From a virus, in IMG/VR virus record IMGVR_UViG_3300045988_144682: DNA of 64,000 bases; one strand, given 5' to 3'. Numbering within the stretch: the first letter of the stretch is position 1; each line of letters opens with the position of its first letter. Positions 63,011 through 64,000 of the stretch are shown one piece after another. The notes beneath the pieces are model-generated. The model saw only the letters and a program-made list of their open reading frames with translations. It ran no database searches and had not been told where the DNA came from. Both the position numbers and the translations under genes were made by a program.

Positions 63011-63671
63011 ATGAAAACAAATGAAATATATAATATGGATTGCATGTCATTCCTCCATAGCGTAGATGGGGGGGCAATTTGACTTAACACTAACAGATAT
63101 CCCATATGGTGAAGTGAATCGTTCCAGTAATGGGCTGAGGAATCTGGATAAAGAGGATGCTGATATATTGACCTTTAACCTACAAGACTTCTTAAAAGAG
63201 ATTTATGAGGTTACAAAAAGTACGATCATAATATTTTGTGGGAAAGAACAGATGTCGGAAATTCATAAATTTTTTTCTGAAAAACAGAAGAAAGGAAAAG
63301 GAACAGTCCGGCAGCTTGTATGGAAGAAAACGAATCCTTCACCTATGAATGGGCAGAATATCTATCTTTCCGGCATTGAAAATGCTGTGTGGTTCAAGAA
63401 GCGTGGCGGTACATTCAATGCTCACTGCAAAAATACAGTGTTTGAATATCCGTGTGGAAGAAACAAATTACACCCTACAGAAAAGAACCATGAGTTATTG
63501 CGAGAGCTGATAAGAGATAACAGTAATGAGGGCGATATAGTTTTTGATCCATGTTGCGGAAGTGGCGCACACTGTTTAGTTGCGAAGGAAGAGAATAGAA
63601 ATTACATAGGTGTTGAGCTGAAAAATCAATATTATGAAATTGCAAAGGAAAGGTTGAAAAATGTCTCATAA
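63011..63671 (+). CDS. DNA methyltransferase (beta-class, N6A/N4C type) frameshifted at a G7 tract
   Basis: ATG at 63011 gives MKTNEIYNMDCMSFLHSVDGGAI-stop. The ORF 63066-63671 continues in another frame with FDLTLTDIPYG (motif IV) ... FDPCCGSGAH (motif I). Removing one G from 63068-63074 fuses them. Confidence 0.75.
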
Positions 63672-63867
63672 ACATAACGACTTTGAAATGTCTAATGAGT
63701 TTAAAGGCATATACAAAGGAATGATAGGAATGCCAATGAACGAAATAGAAGAACGATTTAGAAAACATGGCAAAAAGTTATACCATGTAAATTTTGCTAA
63801 AATTGTGAGGATAATGTATGAGAAACAGAGCTTGGCGAAGAAAGAAGAACTTTTCAAAAGGTCGTAG
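63661..63867 (+). CDS. hypothetical protein
   Basis: 68-aa ORF that overlaps the methyltransferase stop. Confidence 0.45.
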   Translation: MSHKHNDFEMSNEFKGIYKGMIGMPMNEIEERFRKHGKKLYHVNFAKIVRIMYEKQSLAKKEELFKRS

Positions 63868-64000
63868 AAAGAAACGTATTGCAATAGCGGTTTGCCGGAA
63901 CTGGTGGTATGAACATGATGGGCAGTATATTAAGGGTAAAATCCATTGCTCATGTCCTTCATGTAGCCCAAAGACAAATAATCATGGACATGGAGCTGCA
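63818..64000 (+). CDS. hypothetical basic/Cys-rich protein, 3'-truncated by the window edge
   Basis: ATG at 63818 after TGAGGA. The frame is open to the end of the window (MRNRAWRRKKNFSKGRRKKR...CSCPSC...). Not in the track because there is no stop. Confidence 0.35.
   Translation, partial: MRNRAWRRKKNFSKGRRKKRIAIAVCRNWWYEHDGQYIKGKIHCSCPSCSPKTNNHGHGAA

Noticed and set aside
1-64000. Global TAG (or TGA) stop-codon reassignment across this window
   Set aside because: TAG is the apparent terminator of at least a dozen genes, each followed by an RBS and start (for example at 10853, 12822, 14006, 16947, 18061, 19120, 23458, 24884 and 25479). TGA terminates several others. Only two genes show internal TAGs, so any recoding must be local, partial or stage-specific.

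Overview
AT-rich 64-kb stretch in which every credible gene lies on the + strand. Genes are tightly packed, have GGAGG-type ribosome-binding sites, and are interspersed with TTGACA / extended -10 (TGnTATAAT-like) promoters. I read this as the early, replication and auxiliary-metabolism region of a large tailed phage of a low-GC Gram-positive host; that is an inference, since no structural genes are in the window. All calls come from motif recall and hand folding; no searches were run.

Recognisable content:
- A full replication and recombination module: DnaB, DnaG, PolIII-alpha, NAD-dependent ligase, SSB, a Rad52-like annealase, a PD-(D/E)XK nuclease and an ERCC4 nuclease.
- A dispersed NAD+ salvage set (PncA, PncB, NMNAT, NadE), plus a Nudix ADP-ribose pyrophosphatase.
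- ADP-ribosylation erasers and a writer: two macrodomains, a NADAR-like protein, and a WGR/PARP pair.
- A Ter-type stress cluster: a P-type Ca2+-ATPase, three TerD paralogs, a PspA-like protein, and a separate vWA / PP2C / kinase 'TerY-P' triad.
- An RNA-repair kit: an RlaP-type nucleotidyltransferase, a CCA-adding enzyme, a Ro60/DUF2828-like vWA protein, an Rnl-type RNA ligase and a Thg1-like enzyme.
- A phage tmRNA.

The most unusual region is 36971-38560, with a related element at 40246-40330. It is an array of tRNA-scaffold RNAs in which only one gene is a canonical tRNA. Six others carry 45-70-nt insertions that share a covarying hairpin followed by ACAGCAAT. One of them has an intact UCA (opal-suppressor-type) anticodon arm.

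Other oddities:
- Two genes have in-frame TAG codons.
- A single in-frame TAA splits WGR from PARP.
- A G7 tract frameshifts a DNA methyltransferase.
- A DUF262 protein ends in the phage SSB's own C-terminal tip motif.
- An ~18-nt motif (AAACAAGCAATAATAAA) recurs between genes.
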